DNA of 57,429 nt, filler included, from Sphacelaria rigidula (GCA_964200075.2; 8 parts of 8 records of this genome joined end to end with filler, not necessarily neighbours in it); one strand, 5' to 3'; positions 1 to 12,711 are shown, numbered from the whole stretch's first letter. Notes: a model not told the origin generated them from the letters alone. A program made the numbers and translations.

Positions 1-473
1 CGGGCTGAAGGACAGTGAGCTTCTTTGGCGGCCCAGCCTGTATAGTAGGCCAATATGGTGCGACACGTTTTCGAAACAGAGGGAAAAGAGGGGGGAAGAT
101 ATAACCAAATATCGTTTGTTCCTACGGGAAAAAAAAAATATGGTGTGTACGTACGAAAAAAAGCCTACCAGAGATTTTGCGACGAACAAAGGTAATATTG
201 ACGGCTCACACACGAGATTTCGTGACGAGCTTTCTCGTACCCGCCCACCCACCTGTTTTTCCGACGGCGCCTTGATATCGGACGTACTAGGCAAGCGTCT
301 GTTGTCTTAGCTTGGATTGCGGGCCGCAAGGTGTCCGACGCAAGTCATCGACGAGGAACTGGAGCGGTAGTAGTGAGTTTCGTTCTCGCGGCTGCGGTAT
401 CGAGCGTCGCAGTTTTTCCCGACAGCCCGTTTGTCGTCGTTCCATCGGTGAGCGATATAAATGAGTTTCTGTA

Positions 474-1087
474 CGAGCTGGGCCAGCTGACAGTTATGTG
501 CGAATGTATGTATCCGGGCCGGGCGGTGGGTAATCCGAAGCGTTGGGCGCTGAACTTTTGACACAATATTTTTATTATCACTACGCACAACCTTCCCGGG
601 GATGCCAAGAAAAAAACAAAACAAAACAAAACAAAAAGTTAGAGCGATTTGAAGTTTCTGCAAAAACTAGAAAAAATATGCTAAAACTCCGTGAAATAAA
701 GAAATACGGGGGCATCCCTAGTGTAGCTGTGCGTCCTCGTGTGGAGGAAATCCTGGCGCAATTTCGGCCAAAAGCAATTCCAGAAATTTGGCGCAGCATC
801 CAACTTTTTGTGTGGCACGGCTGCGCTCCTTTAATCCAAGTGATGCAGTTGACCCCAGTTGTGGAGGTCACGAGTTCGAATCCCAGCGGATTTTTTTTTG
901 TTCCGTCGGTTAGGTAATACATTAAGCAGTGCATTTTTTTTCAAGGTTTCTTTCATTCAGCAGCGGTCCTGTACGTTACCACGTTAGTCTGTAGGTCATA
1001 CCGATATACTCAAGTCGGGCTGATTTCGTAAACTTGATCAGGTATGGTGTGACATGCAAATGAGGGATTTACTGCTGGCCCAGCTCG
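474..1087. mobile_element. Non-autonomous Tc1/mariner-like DNA transposon, 614 bp
   Basis: Perfect 14-bp TIR CGAGCTGGGCCAGC / GCTGGCCCAGCTCG with TA on both flanks (472-473, 1088-1089). A diverged copy lies at about 14570-15203. Confidence 0.8.
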
Positions 1088-1162
1088 TAAAGGAAAAAGG
1101 TTGGTAATATGTGCAACATAATCTTGTTTTCTTTCTTTTTTATATCCCTCCCCACCCTTCCC

Positions 1163-1238
1163 CATCTCGAAAGGGATGCGTGACCAATGGTCAAATCACG
1201 AAGGCAAACGACAAATGAATACCTTTCCCCCCCCCTCC
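1163..1238 (+). mobile_element. C-tract-associated short repeat, subfamily A
   Basis: CATCTCGAAAGGGATGCG...CAATGGTCAAA...AAATGAATAC followed by a C-tract; matches five other copies in this window. Confidence 0.75.
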
Positions 1239-1775
1239 CATTTTGTTTTCTTTTGTTTCGTTTGTTGATTAGCTTGCTGCTGTGTAATTGCTTCCATTTC
1301 CGGTTCACTTTTTTTTTATATACATGTATTTAGTCCCTTTACTTATTTCGTTCTTCTCTGTGTGACTTATCTACCCCCTTCATATGTGTCTCCACAAACA
1401 ATCTCACATCGTGGAGAGAGTCGGATTTTTCCTTCCGTGATGAGTAAGACAGGTTATCGAGGTCCTACCCTGTATGGTGGGGGTGTAGTCGAAAGGGACA
1501 AAGTAGGGGCTAGACAACAAGCCCAGCCATGATTTAACTCTGAGTGACGTACGTATGATGGCATCGTCGCGGCAGCGACCCGTCATGGGTAGTATGCCAC
1601 ATTTTATGCGGGGCAAGAGATTTCTGTTTGTGTAGATGTAGTGGAACTTGGGGGTACCTTGTATTCAAGTTTGCCCGGGGGGCTTACTGCTGCTCTTGCT
1701 GTTGTTGTCTGGAAGTGGTTGTAATGGCGATATTGGTGATAATAGTGATGATGGTGGTGGTGGTGGTGGTGGTTA

Positions 1776-1948
1776 GGCTTTCACTTATTATGCTAGCATG
1801 ACTTCTGTGTGCATGTGACCCATCATTATTCTCAAGATAAATGACTTTTACTTAGTATGCTAGCACGGGTTCTGAAGAAATCGTTTATCTTGAAATAATG
1901 ATGGGTCACATGCACACAGAACCCGTGCTAGCAAAATAAGTAAAAGCC
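1776..1948. mobile_element. Foldback MITE in (GGT/GAT)n microsatellite, copy 1
   Basis: About 70-bp inverted arms GGCTTTCACTTATTATGCTAGCA...TGCTAGCAAAATAAGTAAAAGCC, with TA on both sides. Confidence 0.8.
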
Positions 1949-1960
1949 TAGTGGTAGTGG

Positions 1961-1994
<34 letters not shown>

Positions 1995-2011
1995 GGTGGT
2001 GGTGGTGGTTG

Positions 2012-2186
2012 GGCTTTTACTTATTATGCTAGCATGTGTTCTATGTGCATGTGACCCATCATTATTTTCAAGATAAACGACTTGTACTTATTATGCTAGT
2101 ACGGTGTTCTGAAGAAATCGTTTATCTTGAAAATAATGATGGGTCACATGCACACAGAACCCGTGCTAGCGTAGTAAGCAAAAGCC
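2012..2186. mobile_element. Foldback MITE in (GGT/GAT)n microsatellite, copy 2
   Basis: Direct copy of 1776-1948 with the same inverted arms. Confidence 0.8.
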
Positions 2187-2209
2187 TAGTGGTAGTGGTA
2201 ATGATGATG

Positions 2210-2251
<42 letters not shown>

Positions 2252-2753
2252 ATGACCCTGACGAGTTTCGTGTTTCTGCCCTTTAGAAATCGGTCTTGTT
2301 GTCGTCGTCGTTTTTGCCGTTGTTGTTGTTGTTACGTGTTGCTTTCTCTCCCGTGTTCTTCCCCCCTTATTTGTCGAAAACAGCTCGTCACCTTGGCACT
2401 CATTCTTCCTAGCTTGTGGCGGCACATGGAAATGTATTCTCCAAATGGGTGCGGCAACAACGATGGTGCTGTGGTGAGTCAACGATGCCTTAGATATATA
2501 TTTTTTTCTCCTTTTTTATTTTATAATACAACAGATTTTGATATGTATTTATTTTGTTTTGCGCTGTTGTAGTAGTTCTGATCTTGCCTGTTCATCTACA
2601 GACCACTTCTGGTGGGAACAAAAAAAACACTTTTATTTCGTGTGTTTTTTTCGAGACTCTTTTGATCGGAGAATAACAAAAACAGGAAGTAATATTTCGG
2701 ACGTGCACATTGTGGAAAGATGACATTTTGTTTTTTGTAGCGGCCGAGCTGTA

Positions 2754-2754
<1 letters not shown>

Positions 2755-2811
<57 letters not shown>
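2755..2811. repeat. (GTT)n microsatellite
   Basis: Pure GTT run. Confidence 0.95.
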
Positions 2812-3258
2812 CCAGGGGGATTACAACACACACAGAGTGAATCAGACACGTTGTTTTCAACCCGCAACAGACACCCTACGCAATACTACTGCACAGGCCC
2901 GTTAGATCTGGAAAACAGTTTATGATTCCGCGTCAGTCAATCAAGACACTGTTATTTTTGGGTGAGTTTTTTCTCGACATCTTGAGTGATATAGTTTGTC
3001 ACGTTTTCTCAAGCCACTGTCTTCAGACGTGGGGGTTGATAGCTTCGTGAGATACGGGCGCTAGCCATCACGCTTACCACTGTGCGATCATTCTTCTGTG
3101 TGAACTTTGAGGAAGACACTGGGGAGAGTGAGGATTGGCGCAATTCTGGTGAGTCGTGTTCCTTCTGGGAGCATGACGACAATACTCCGGTGACGGAATA
3201 GACCATAGCGCGAGTTGACGGGATATCTGCGTCAGAGGAATGTATCTGAGTAGTTTAT

Positions 3259-3408
3259 CACACCCTAGATAATGACAAAATATAACATTGTCGACAAGTG
3301 TACTGCATACAGTATGGACTGCTGCGTTTACTGCAATATACAATAGATTCCATACTGCACGCAGTACACTTCTTGACAATGTAATCTGTTGTCATTATCC
3401 AGGGTGTG
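3259..3408. mobile_element. 150-bp foldback/MITE-like element
   Basis: Imperfect arms of about 60 bp: CACACCCTAGATAATGAC... / ...GTCATTATCCAGGGTGTG. Confidence 0.65.
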
Positions 3409-4342
3409 TACTTTTTTGTGGCCCTGATGCTAGGCGTTTCAGATTTTTCATTCTGAAAGGGCGTTGTGATGCAGGCAAAACCCCTCAAAAGAATCCTCGT
3501 GCCCAGAGCTGCAGTTTGTTTCTCCGTGCTGCTAAGCAATCCCTCTACGATCTTTGCCACAGAGGACAGCAACAAAACCAGTCCTGAAGTGAAGGAGAAA
3601 AACGATGGAATATTTGTGCCGTCCCACTCGCCCTTGTAGCAAATCTGAAGCGACAGATAAGAGCGAGGGGGGCTAAGCTTCGCGTTCGCAAACTGGTTCC
3701 TTCGAAATCAGTTTGGGTCCGTGGCGAGAGGAGCTCGCATTCCGCCACAATAATGTACCACAGAGCCGCGTGTGCAAGAGGGAATATAGCACAGTTCCGT
3801 CCGAGGGTAGAACAGTAATCATCATAATCCCGGTGCAAAACCAAGGGAAAAGACGGCTCAATCCCTTGAAACGACGGACCCATCCCGAGGAAGGGAAGGG
3901 ATAAGAGAGTGATATCAGAAAGCGCAAGGAAAAAAAATGTCTGGGATGTGTGTGTGTGTGTGAATAGTATAGTTTTTTTTAAAGGCATTTATAAAGGAGA
4001 CAGTTGGCGGGAAAAAAAAATCTGTATAATGTAATGTAATGGTTTTTTTTTCGTCTAAAGAGAGGAAGTTCAAAACATTTTTAATAAACTAGTTTTTGTT
4101 TGTTTATTTATTCCGTTTTAGGATAAAAGTGTAAGAATAATTTTTTACTTTCTTGTTCATATTGCAAAAGCGTATACTTTAGGGACCTTGAAAAAAACAA
4201 CATATTCAGGACATGAATACGCTTATCCTGGGTACGTACTCACATTTCTGTTTGTTTGTTTGTTCGTTATATCTCGTCCTTGAAGAAAAAAAAAAAACGG
4301 TGTGGTCTTTCTGCGCCGGCTCTTGTATACTCCCACCGGCAG

Positions 4343-5084
4343 GTGTACACGGTGTTGACGGTCTGGGAGGCAGCTCTCGTGGCTTTCGAGTATGCTCCTC
4401 CTCTCGGCCCTTTGCGAGGTACCCGACGCGAGCTACTGCTGGTGTCTGCCACGCTGGTATCCCTGCCCCCCGCCTTGCGTGTCTTGCTTCCCCGCTGGTT
4501 GTTATGTGTTGACCCACTCAATCATAATCATCGTCATCGTCATCATCGTCGCGATCGCCGGCGCGATGATGATCAACATCAAGGACATCATTTTCATGGT
4601 CATGATTCTTGCGGCACGCTTGAAGGTCATGGTCATGACGGTCCCGACGAACGGCGAGGGGCAGCAGTGCCGGGTGGGCATGGACGTCTAGACCCGGTTG
4701 ATGTTGATCTCGATGATAATAGTACTGGTGGTGGTGGTGGTGGGTCTGCTGCTGATGATGATATGTTGATCTCCGGAGAACCGGGGGTTCAAGATTGGCA
4801 GCACGACAAGGATCGGGAGGGGGACCCCGAAGTACGGTTAGGGATGCGGCTTGGGGATAACACGAACCGATCACTTCAGGGTGATGAACTGTCAGATGCT
4901 CCTGGCGTGGCGATAGGGGTGGGCTTAAGGCATGGTTCGTATCTGTCACACCAGAACGAGACGTTGGCCCCAGGAGAAGGAAGGGCACCAGGAGAACCAC
5001 AGCAACAGCCATCTAGCAGCTCTAGCGCGATGTTGTTGCCTTTGTCGACGGCGCTGGAGCTCGAGCGGGGTCACTCACGCAGCG
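4343..5084 (+). CDS. Probable internal exon: hydrophobic segments then a His/Asp/Gly-rich region; unknown protein
   Basis: GC-rich open frame within ORF 4256-5125, bounded by a CAG acceptor ending at 4342 and GTGTGT at 5085, with AT-rich intron-like flanks. Confidence 0.55.
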
Positions 5085-6177
5085 GTGTGTACAGTTATGT
5101 TTTATTTTTTTGTTGTTGTTGCTGACATTTCTTCAACATGGTATGCTTGATGCCCTGCTCCCCCCTCTGTCCTCCTCCCCCACGACAGAGTGTGGCTACA
5201 AATCAGCCCTTCAAGTCTTACTCTTCAATCTTCGATATTTTAATCTTCAATATTTGATCTCCAACGTTTTAATCTTCAACTTTTCAAGCTTACAACTTCC
5301 CGTCATCCTGGACTTTTTTTCGGAAAACCTGTTTACTTCCCTCGGTGTAAGTTCCCTTGAGATACATTCATCATTATTTTCGACAGCTTTGGAAATTCGC
5401 GCTTTGTTCTTCACTGCGTGAGTTCCCTTTCAGATGTGAATATCCCATTATTCCCGACAGTCTTGAAAACACGCTCCTGTTTTTCCCAGCGTCACGCGTT
5501 TTTCACCTGTCGTGAGTGAAAATCGCATGGAATCATCCGAAACTGTACGCTTCCCTCAAGATTTCGCAGCAAATGTTTCCGTTCATTTTGAGGTGGGTAC
5601 GCCTGTGTTATCTTGTGTCCAATGACCACAGCTAGCTGTATTCATAGCAGATCTGTGAATGTGCGAAAATCAATCAACCAATCAAATCGATCGAATCAAT
5701 AAATATTGGATCAGCACTCCCGCAGCCGGCAACTTTCATAGGAATCACTCTCCAACTCGATGCGTTCTCCCTTTGCGGGGGACATGATCCATATAAGGAA
5801 CCCCTCGACATTGATGTATCTCAGCAGTCGAACCCATAGGATCCGCCGAGACTGGCGCGGATGCATCAGTGCGACCAACTATCATGGCGTATCGGCTACA
5901 TCGTTCTAGATTTGTAGGGTGTATATATATTCGGCTGGTTGGTGAAGAGACGTAGATGAAGGCCGATTGATTCACGGTTGTTTTCGTGCCCCTCCCCCCC
6001 CCGGACGGAGTCATGTGTACCTGTACAATATTCGTTTCTTTTTGGCACTCCGTATTGTACAAGATTATCTAAAGCATATGTTCCGGCTGATTTCCTGAGG
6101 AATCGCGAAGGAAGGATAACCGGTAGATCACGGTCGGGTTATTTTTCGTGTTGTTGATTTTGATGGGAGGGCGGTAA

Positions 6178-6995
6178 GGGCCTGTCTCAGCACTTTTCTT
6201 TTCGATTAAAAAAATGGGGCGGTGGGATCGATCTGAGCGAAAATTTCTCGTTTTGATGCAGTTGGGTGCAGATGGATTTCCAAGCTTTCGATCCAAAGAA
6301 GACAGGGAAGAGCGTGAAACGGCACATGGTCACTCGTGTACAGTACAGGCAGTCTGTACTGTCTGCACTGCTTCCAAGCAGGGTGTGTTGAGTGCGTGTG
6401 TGCGTTTCGTGCGGGAAGATATAAAGGAGAAGCAGGCAACGTGCAGTGCAGACAGCCTACGACTATCTGTTCTCTCTGCTTACAATGCGATGTGAAAAGG
6501 ACTTCAGCAACTTGCAGTTTTCTGCATTGTCCATGAGCGTGCACGCAACTCGGTTGCCCACCGTACCACGCAGTTCCGTCCCTGATGCCTACCATGAGAG
6601 AAGATGCGCAAGTTTTCGCCAACAAAAAATAAACAAAACACACCCAACTACTGTAGTGTATCTATCCCTGTGCTCAACTCGTGCTCTATGCTGCAGGGCT
6701 GCGGTGGTAGCTGATAATAAGTTGGATGGAGTTTACATGATCCTGTGAACGGGTGTTATTTGGCGTGGTGGTCTGTAAGATAGGAGTCAAGTGCCGATTC
6801 GTGCCTTTCGACCGCATGTTTGCGATCGAGAACGATAGTTTTTTACCTCGTTGCATTCTTCTCCGCGCGCCGCTAATTATAATTTTGAGTCGAAGCCTTC
6901 AAGGAACATAAATGCGGTGGGCCTATGAGATTGGCAAAAACAAATTCCACCGCACTTTTTCGATCGAAAAAAAAGGCACTATTTAAGACAGGCCC
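6178..6995. mobile_element. Non-autonomous PIF/Harbinger-like element
   Basis: Ends GGGCCTGTCT / AGACAGGCCC, imperfect TIR of about 45 bp, flanks TAA/AAA. Shares TIR with 18628-18816. Confidence 0.6.
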
Positions 6996-7037
6996 AAAGC
7001 AATGAATGATGCGCAAAGGCACACACGCACGCCTCGA

Positions 7038-7092
7038 GGGGGGGGGGGTGTACTCATGATCACGCTTGCCATAGTCATCAGACCATTGACCT
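7038..7092 (-). mobile_element. C-tract-associated short repeat, subfamily B (cut by contig end)
   Basis: Minus strand reads AGGTCAATGGTCTGATGACTATGGC...ATGAGTACA then (C)n. Confidence 0.7.
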
Positions 7093-7192
7093 NNNNNNNN
7101 NNNNNNNNNNNNNNNNNNNNNNNNNNNNNNNNNNNNTTAATTAATTAANNNNNNNNNNNNNNNNNNNNNNNNNNNNNNNNNNNNNNNNNNNN
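7093..7192. other. Artificial contig spacer N44-TTAATTAATTAA-N44
   Basis: Six-frame stop linker. Identical spacers at 14284-14383, 21475-21574, 28666-28765, 35857-35956, 43048-43147 and 50239-50338. Confidence 0.99.
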
Positions 7193-7460
7193 TTTCGATC
7201 GTATCTCTTACTTTTGCCTTGTACCCCGCGTGCTCATCTATGCACAATATTTCGTCTTGGTTTCCGCCTATCTCCTTCCACACTTTCTCGACTTCTTTAT
7301 CCCACCTTATAGCACGCCCTATCGTACTTTTCTTCCATACAGCCTTATCAACTACAGCTGGCAATCTCTTTCTCTGCATGTTCTTTACGCTACATTGACA
7401 TCGCAATTCCCTTATGTTTCTGTTTGTTTTAAGTGAGTACATTTCCAACTTTGCTCTCAA
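7193..7460 (-). mobile_element. Non-LTR retrotransposon (LINE) ORF2 fragment downstream of the RT domain
   Basis: LRAKLEMYSLKTNRNIRELR...KRLPAVVDKAVW...IRWDKEVEKVWKEIG resembles the post-RT region of RTE-type ORF2 (recognised by eye). Confidence 0.6.
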
Positions 7461-8598
7461 AATGAGTACGGTGAGGGGGCAAAGAACCTATGAAGATACG
7501 GAGTACTTTCCGCAAGGAGTGTGTTCAATACTTACCCATGCTATCGATATACATGACATGTTGGAATGATACAGCAACACACTGCAAGCTATTGGCGTGT
7601 TTTACATCGGAAACCTGGTTGCCTAGTTCACGCAATGAGAGGCGTGTTTGACAGCGTCATCGCCAACCGACGCCAACCGCATAGAGGCCGGGGGAGGGGG
7701 CGGGTGGGGAGAAAAAGAGAGTACGTCATAAAAGAAAGTCGAACGGGGTGGCCGCGGGGGTGCTAATGCAATGCTATAAGGTATTAAAGTGCAAGGTACA
7801 TACAGTACATAAACCGCGTGTACCGGGAGCGAGATGAGTTGACCGATGTGTTGACACTACAGACTCGTCACGAGGATAGAGGATGACATAGTACAATCAC
7901 AAATTGAAAATACAGGCATCACCTCAAGTCCTGGTACACTTTCATTGCACATGTACAATCGGCGCTAGGCTACAACACAGGAGGGGAAATACACACAAGG
8001 AGAGCAGGAGCAACAGCAGCAGCAGCAAATACCAACACTCTCCACGATCAACATTCCCAACTGAAATCTACGAGGTAACAGACACATATCATGATGTACA
8101 GGCATGGAGAAAAATATAACACATGACGGCAAGTAAGCCGAAGGGAGTGAAGGGGGGGGGAGGGGGGCACAAACAAAATTGTCTTTCCGGGCAGACAAGC
8201 TGCTGTTGTGCTGCGCATCTCCGTAGCTATTCACCGTCACACTTCGCCGAAATAAAGGAAGCGCTCTTGTAGGGAGCAGGTTTTGACTCAGTCATCTTTA
8301 GTGATATTCATCACTTGAATAAATTGATCTCTGAGTGCAGTAAAATTCACGGTGTCATTTGACACCGGTGGGTACCTTGAATACCACAACCTCGAATACT
8401 CCCTCTGGATGATGACTCTCCTGCGTTCATCTCCGGCACCATCACTGGTACGTTATATGTCATCCCCTATAATCCCGGAATATCAACTCAGCGTGATGGT
8501 GATTACGTTTGTACCAGATAGACCTCCCCTAACGAAAAATCAACCCGCAGATGGTGCATATGCTATACTGCGTGCACAACATGAACCTTGCAGGGTAC

Positions 8599-8748
8599 CT
8601 GAGCGTGACTTCCCTCCTCCAACACCCGCCCTTCCTCCAGTACCACGATCTTGTCCGCGTCCTTAACGGTGGAGAGTCGGTGCGCAATTATGATCGTCGT
8701 TCGGTTGCGACCCAGCGCCGTGAGGTGACTCATAATCTCAATTTCAGT
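8599..8748 (-). CDS. ATM1: ABCB (ATM1/ABCB7-like) transporter, NBD exon with H-loop
   Basis: [59 protein letters not shown]; phase 0/0, in frame with 11443-11580. Confidence 0.9.
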
Positions 8749-8833
8749 CTGCGGCGTGGGCGTGGGCGTGGCGTGACATGGTGTACACAGCGACGGTGAA
8801 AAAAAAAAGGAAAGAAAAAGGAGGAGAATTTGG

Positions 8834-8871
<38 letters not shown>

Positions 8872-9909
8872 CCAACACTTTCAATCGCGCGGGTGGGCGG
8901 GTGGTTCATCTGGGTCTTTGATTCATTTTTCAAGTGAACATGGTACCGATTCAACCCAATAGCCTACTCTGACGGTCAAGGGGTCAATAGGGGGGGTGAA
9001 CGGGACTGTATATGATGATGTCACCAAATCTGACGACAGAGATTTAATTCTACGTTGCTGTTTGCACACACAAAGGTTCCGATTTCGTTTATTTTCTTCG
9101 TCGGGGGCGTGAAACAAGGGCGCGAAAAAAGTTAAAAAAAAAAAAACGAAACAAAAAACTACAGAAATGAAAAATTATCAAACAAAATGCAGAAAATGCA
9201 ACGGGGGAAACAACATAAAAGCAAATAATGGTGTATGAAACGGGTCATGACGATACAACGATATAAAATATTATCAATAGCATACTGTATCTCTTCCCCA
9301 TAGTTCTATACAGGGTGGCGTGAAACGTTTTCGGATACTTTAATCAGCATAAAAATGGTCCGTCGGAATCATTTCTCCGAGGACGCACTTGTCAGCAGGA
9401 GGACGCCATCACTGTCGATCACAACACATGAGCACGCCGAGAGATCACACGGCTTGCAAACGGCGACGTCGCTTCCATGCTTGTTCGTTCAAGAAAAAAC
9501 GTTTTTCGTTGTCTACGAATACTACTTACTGCACACATCCACAGCAGTCCAGTGTTTTTGGCGTCACGAACCACCCTCGCCTAACCAGGTCAAGACACCC
9601 ATCGGGCAACGGGGGTCCGACCTACGTGCGCTGTACAAAAATCTTACATCCCCAACAACGATATAACGAAAAGGCTCGAGTGCTCTGTCATCTTAAAATC
9701 GGGTGGTTGCTCCCGCGTCGGGTTCAAGAGTGGTGTGCGAAAAAAATGAAAAGCGAGTTAGGAAAGAAGGAGGCCTCACCGTATTGTGAACGCGCCAACC
9801 CGGCAGTGCTACATGACTAGAGAATATATCCCTAAGGAGCAAGGGCCAAACTGAGTACAATGGCGTCCCGTCTCTCTCTCTCTCTCTCTTCTAACAAATG
9901 CCGATTCAC

Positions 9910-10081
9910 CCCTTGGCCGCGAGGGTAGTCCATCTGGATCATGCATACTTTTTTTTCAAAGAAAATTCGATGCCGACTCAACAGATGACGCGCGAGACGC
10001 AGGTCACGTGTTGAATCGGCATCAAATTCTCTTGAAAAAAAGTATGCATGATCCAGATGGACTATCCTCGCGGTATAAGGG
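9910..10081. mobile_element. Foldback derivative of the piggyBac-like MITE family
   Basis: About 80-bp inverted arms, both matching the right part of 15088-15185. Confidence 0.7.
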
Positions 10082-10534
10082 TTGCGTGCGCGCAGTAATC
10101 AAATTATGAGGACTGTAGCGGATGCGAATAGAGGGGGTGTTATCCTCCGAAAATTGTCCGGGCTGTCCGACGACATTTTTCCGGCCACAGACAGCTGATC
10201 GTCGTTTCCTTTTTTTCACGTGAATATGCTTGCTTCAAAAAGCGTGGGCAAATCGTGCGTCCACGCGACGCCCTCCCTGCCCAGACGCTGCATACACCTA
10301 CCTCCACACCCCTGACACACATGTCTGGAATCAGTCCTTTTTTTTTATTCCTCTTGAAGCGTTCCCTGGAAACGTGAACCAAAAAAAAAACATCTCGTCT
10401 GCTCTACCGAGCGCGGGAGTTTTCCCGGAGTGGAGCACACAACGCAAAAAGCTGCGCTCGAATCGCACTCATGGCCGACGAGAACTGGAGTGATTTACTC
10501 GGCCTATCGAAGCAGTCTCTCGCGAGGACGGGGG

Positions 10535-10593
10535 TGTACTCGTGATAATTCATGCATGTCATAGTCATGAGACCATTGACCTCGCATCCCGCA
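10535..10593 (-). mobile_element. C-tract-associated short repeat, subfamily B, 5'-truncated, with 12-bp TSD
   Basis: CGAGGACGGGGG direct repeat at 10523-10534 and 10594-10605. Confidence 0.8.
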
Positions 10594-11442
10594 CGAGGAC
10601 GGGGGAGGGAGGGGGCAAACTGGGAGAAGAGGTCTGAGCCGGAGTAACTTTGTGTCGGTGCCTACGAGTTTCAATGTTGTGTTCAATGTATAGTGCACTC
10701 CGACAAATTATGAACAGAAAAGTGGTGCCGCAGCATGTCTATCCAGCCTCACATTGAACCAGATGTAGAGAGCGTGGCGTCCACTGGAACAGACAAACAA
10801 CATCATGGTAACTGTATTATGCTATTATCTTCGTTAGTTGTGCGAAGTCTATCCGTTACCATGTGCGGCGTGCTGTTAGTACTGCACCCGTCCGCTGGGA
10901 GAAGGGCTTTAGTGTTATGTTCGCAATACGTGGAGCGAATATCACAGAGTAGGCGATATGTTGCATTGGGTTGATTTTCAATTGAAAAATGAAGGCAGGA
11001 CCCAGTCCACCCAACCGTGTCGGTCAAAGGATTCACTTTTAGAGCAAGAGGCAGGGCGAGTTCACGCTCTTGAAAAGTTTGTTGTACTCTGACCATTGGT
11101 GACAGCAGTAGAGAAAGGCAAGAAATGCAGCGTGGGGGGGGGAGAAGACAACACTGTACTGTACTGTACCGCACTGCGAAAAGTTAAGCTTTGTCTATGT
11201 ATCAACACACCGGTACTTCAAAAGCAGCCCTTTTCTTCCCCGTTGCTACAAACCGTACCCATTTTGTTTTCTCGGCTATGGCTCACAAAGTCACCATCGA
11301 GCTCACTGCGATATTGATTGATTGAGTGCTTCGATTCGATTCGATCTGATCCAATTGTGGCACATGGCCTGATACGCTACAAATTCAGCCAGGTTGTCAT
11401 GGTAAGCATGCGTCATCATCCGTGCAATAAATCATGACGTAC

Positions 11443-11580
11443 CTTCGTGTCGAGGGAAGACGTGGGCTCGTCACAAAGGAGGATGGGAGCGTCCTTGAGC
11501 ATGGCGCGGGCGATGGCAACACGCTGTTTCTCGCCCCCCGATATCATGAGACCTCGTTCGCCCACCACGGTATCATACCC
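11443..11580 (-). CDS. ATM1: ABCB (ATM1/ABCB7-like) transporter, exon with ABC signature and Walker B
   Basis: [55 protein letters not shown]. Confidence 0.92.
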
Positions 11581-12021
11581 CTGTAGTTGAGGTCGAGTTT
11601 GAGGTTGAGATCAAGGTTAGGTACTTGTGGGTGTGCAATACTGCTGATATGCGCCATAAAACGAAAAGTTGATGAATAACAGCGATAAAACTGAAAACAA
11701 GCACTGATACATGAGTTGAAGACTGAAAATGTGCACACTCTCTCTCGTTGCTAATGCGCCGTTTGAACAAAAACTTGAAATGTATACAACTGCAACATCA
11801 GCAGCAGCAATAATAAGAAAAAATATTGGAAGATGATCATAATACTGTAATGATAAAAGTGGGTCACGGCCACGGTAGGGGTGCATTTTTCAGTCCAGAA
11901 CGTTGCGAAGGCTGCACACTAAGGCCCACATATTTGTCATCGAGAGGCTCTTACAGCAAAGAGCTTCAGGAAAGAAAAACGGTGCACCCCTCCCGTAGCA
12001 TTGCTCATGAGCATGATAACG

Positions 12022-12379
12022 TGTGCGTGTGTTGTCGTCCCATGTATTCTGGACGCCGGTCTACACCCTTCGGTATATGTAGACGCACCAGCCGGGGTCA
12101 CACAGGAGGAAGGTCAACAGAGGAGCTTTTTCTTTTTTCATTCGTTTTCGGTACCCTACCGTCCTCCTGCGGTGCTTGCCTTTCTTTTTATCGCGAAAAG
12201 GGTTCAGCAGTCCCTTTCCCTCGTCGACCGCTAAGTCGAATTTTGTGTATCCACGACATAGCCGCTTTCTACTGTTGGGCATGGTGTGAGAAAAAATCTG
12301 AGATCGCTGCGAGATTTGAACCCACGACCCAAACGTCAGAAGGGGTCGAAGATACCAACTGGGCCACCGGGGCGATCGG
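12022..12379 (-). mobile_element. tRNA-derived SINE, family 1
   Basis: Reverse-complement match to 22882-23255 and 31644-32005, with an A/B-box head. Confidence 0.8.
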
Positions 12380-12711
12380 ATATATGATAATAGTAATAAA
12401 TCAGAATAGTAGTCATATTACCAGCGGTGGTAGCAGTAGTAGTAGCAGCAGCAGCAGCAGTAGTGCGTGGTGGTGGTAGTAAGTGAATGGTGACAAAAAA
12501 TACGGTAAAAGAACCCCCCCCTGCACACATGAAAACGATACAAATACTGCACATCTCTAGTTACTCGATGCTTGTATGTACAACATGATAAACTAACATA
12601 ACAACTTTTTCTTAGAGATTGAAAGCAGAGCGCTGATTGAGAGTGGCTTTGATAATTCTCTGTAACTTGGCTAATTTTTCATCCCGTGTGTGCTCTTCTT
12701 TGCCTCCATCA

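Noticed and set aside
2036-2925. Poly-L/Q/T/V ORFs
   Set aside because: Translations of microsatellites and a MITE.
7060-7092. CTGATGA (minus strand) as a hammerhead ribozyme core
   Set aside because: Sister copies have other loop sequences, and no downstream GAAA or stem arrangement is present.
7137-7148. Regularly spaced TTAATTAATTAA as a biological periodic repeat
   Set aside because: Embedded in N runs; an artificial six-frame stop linker.
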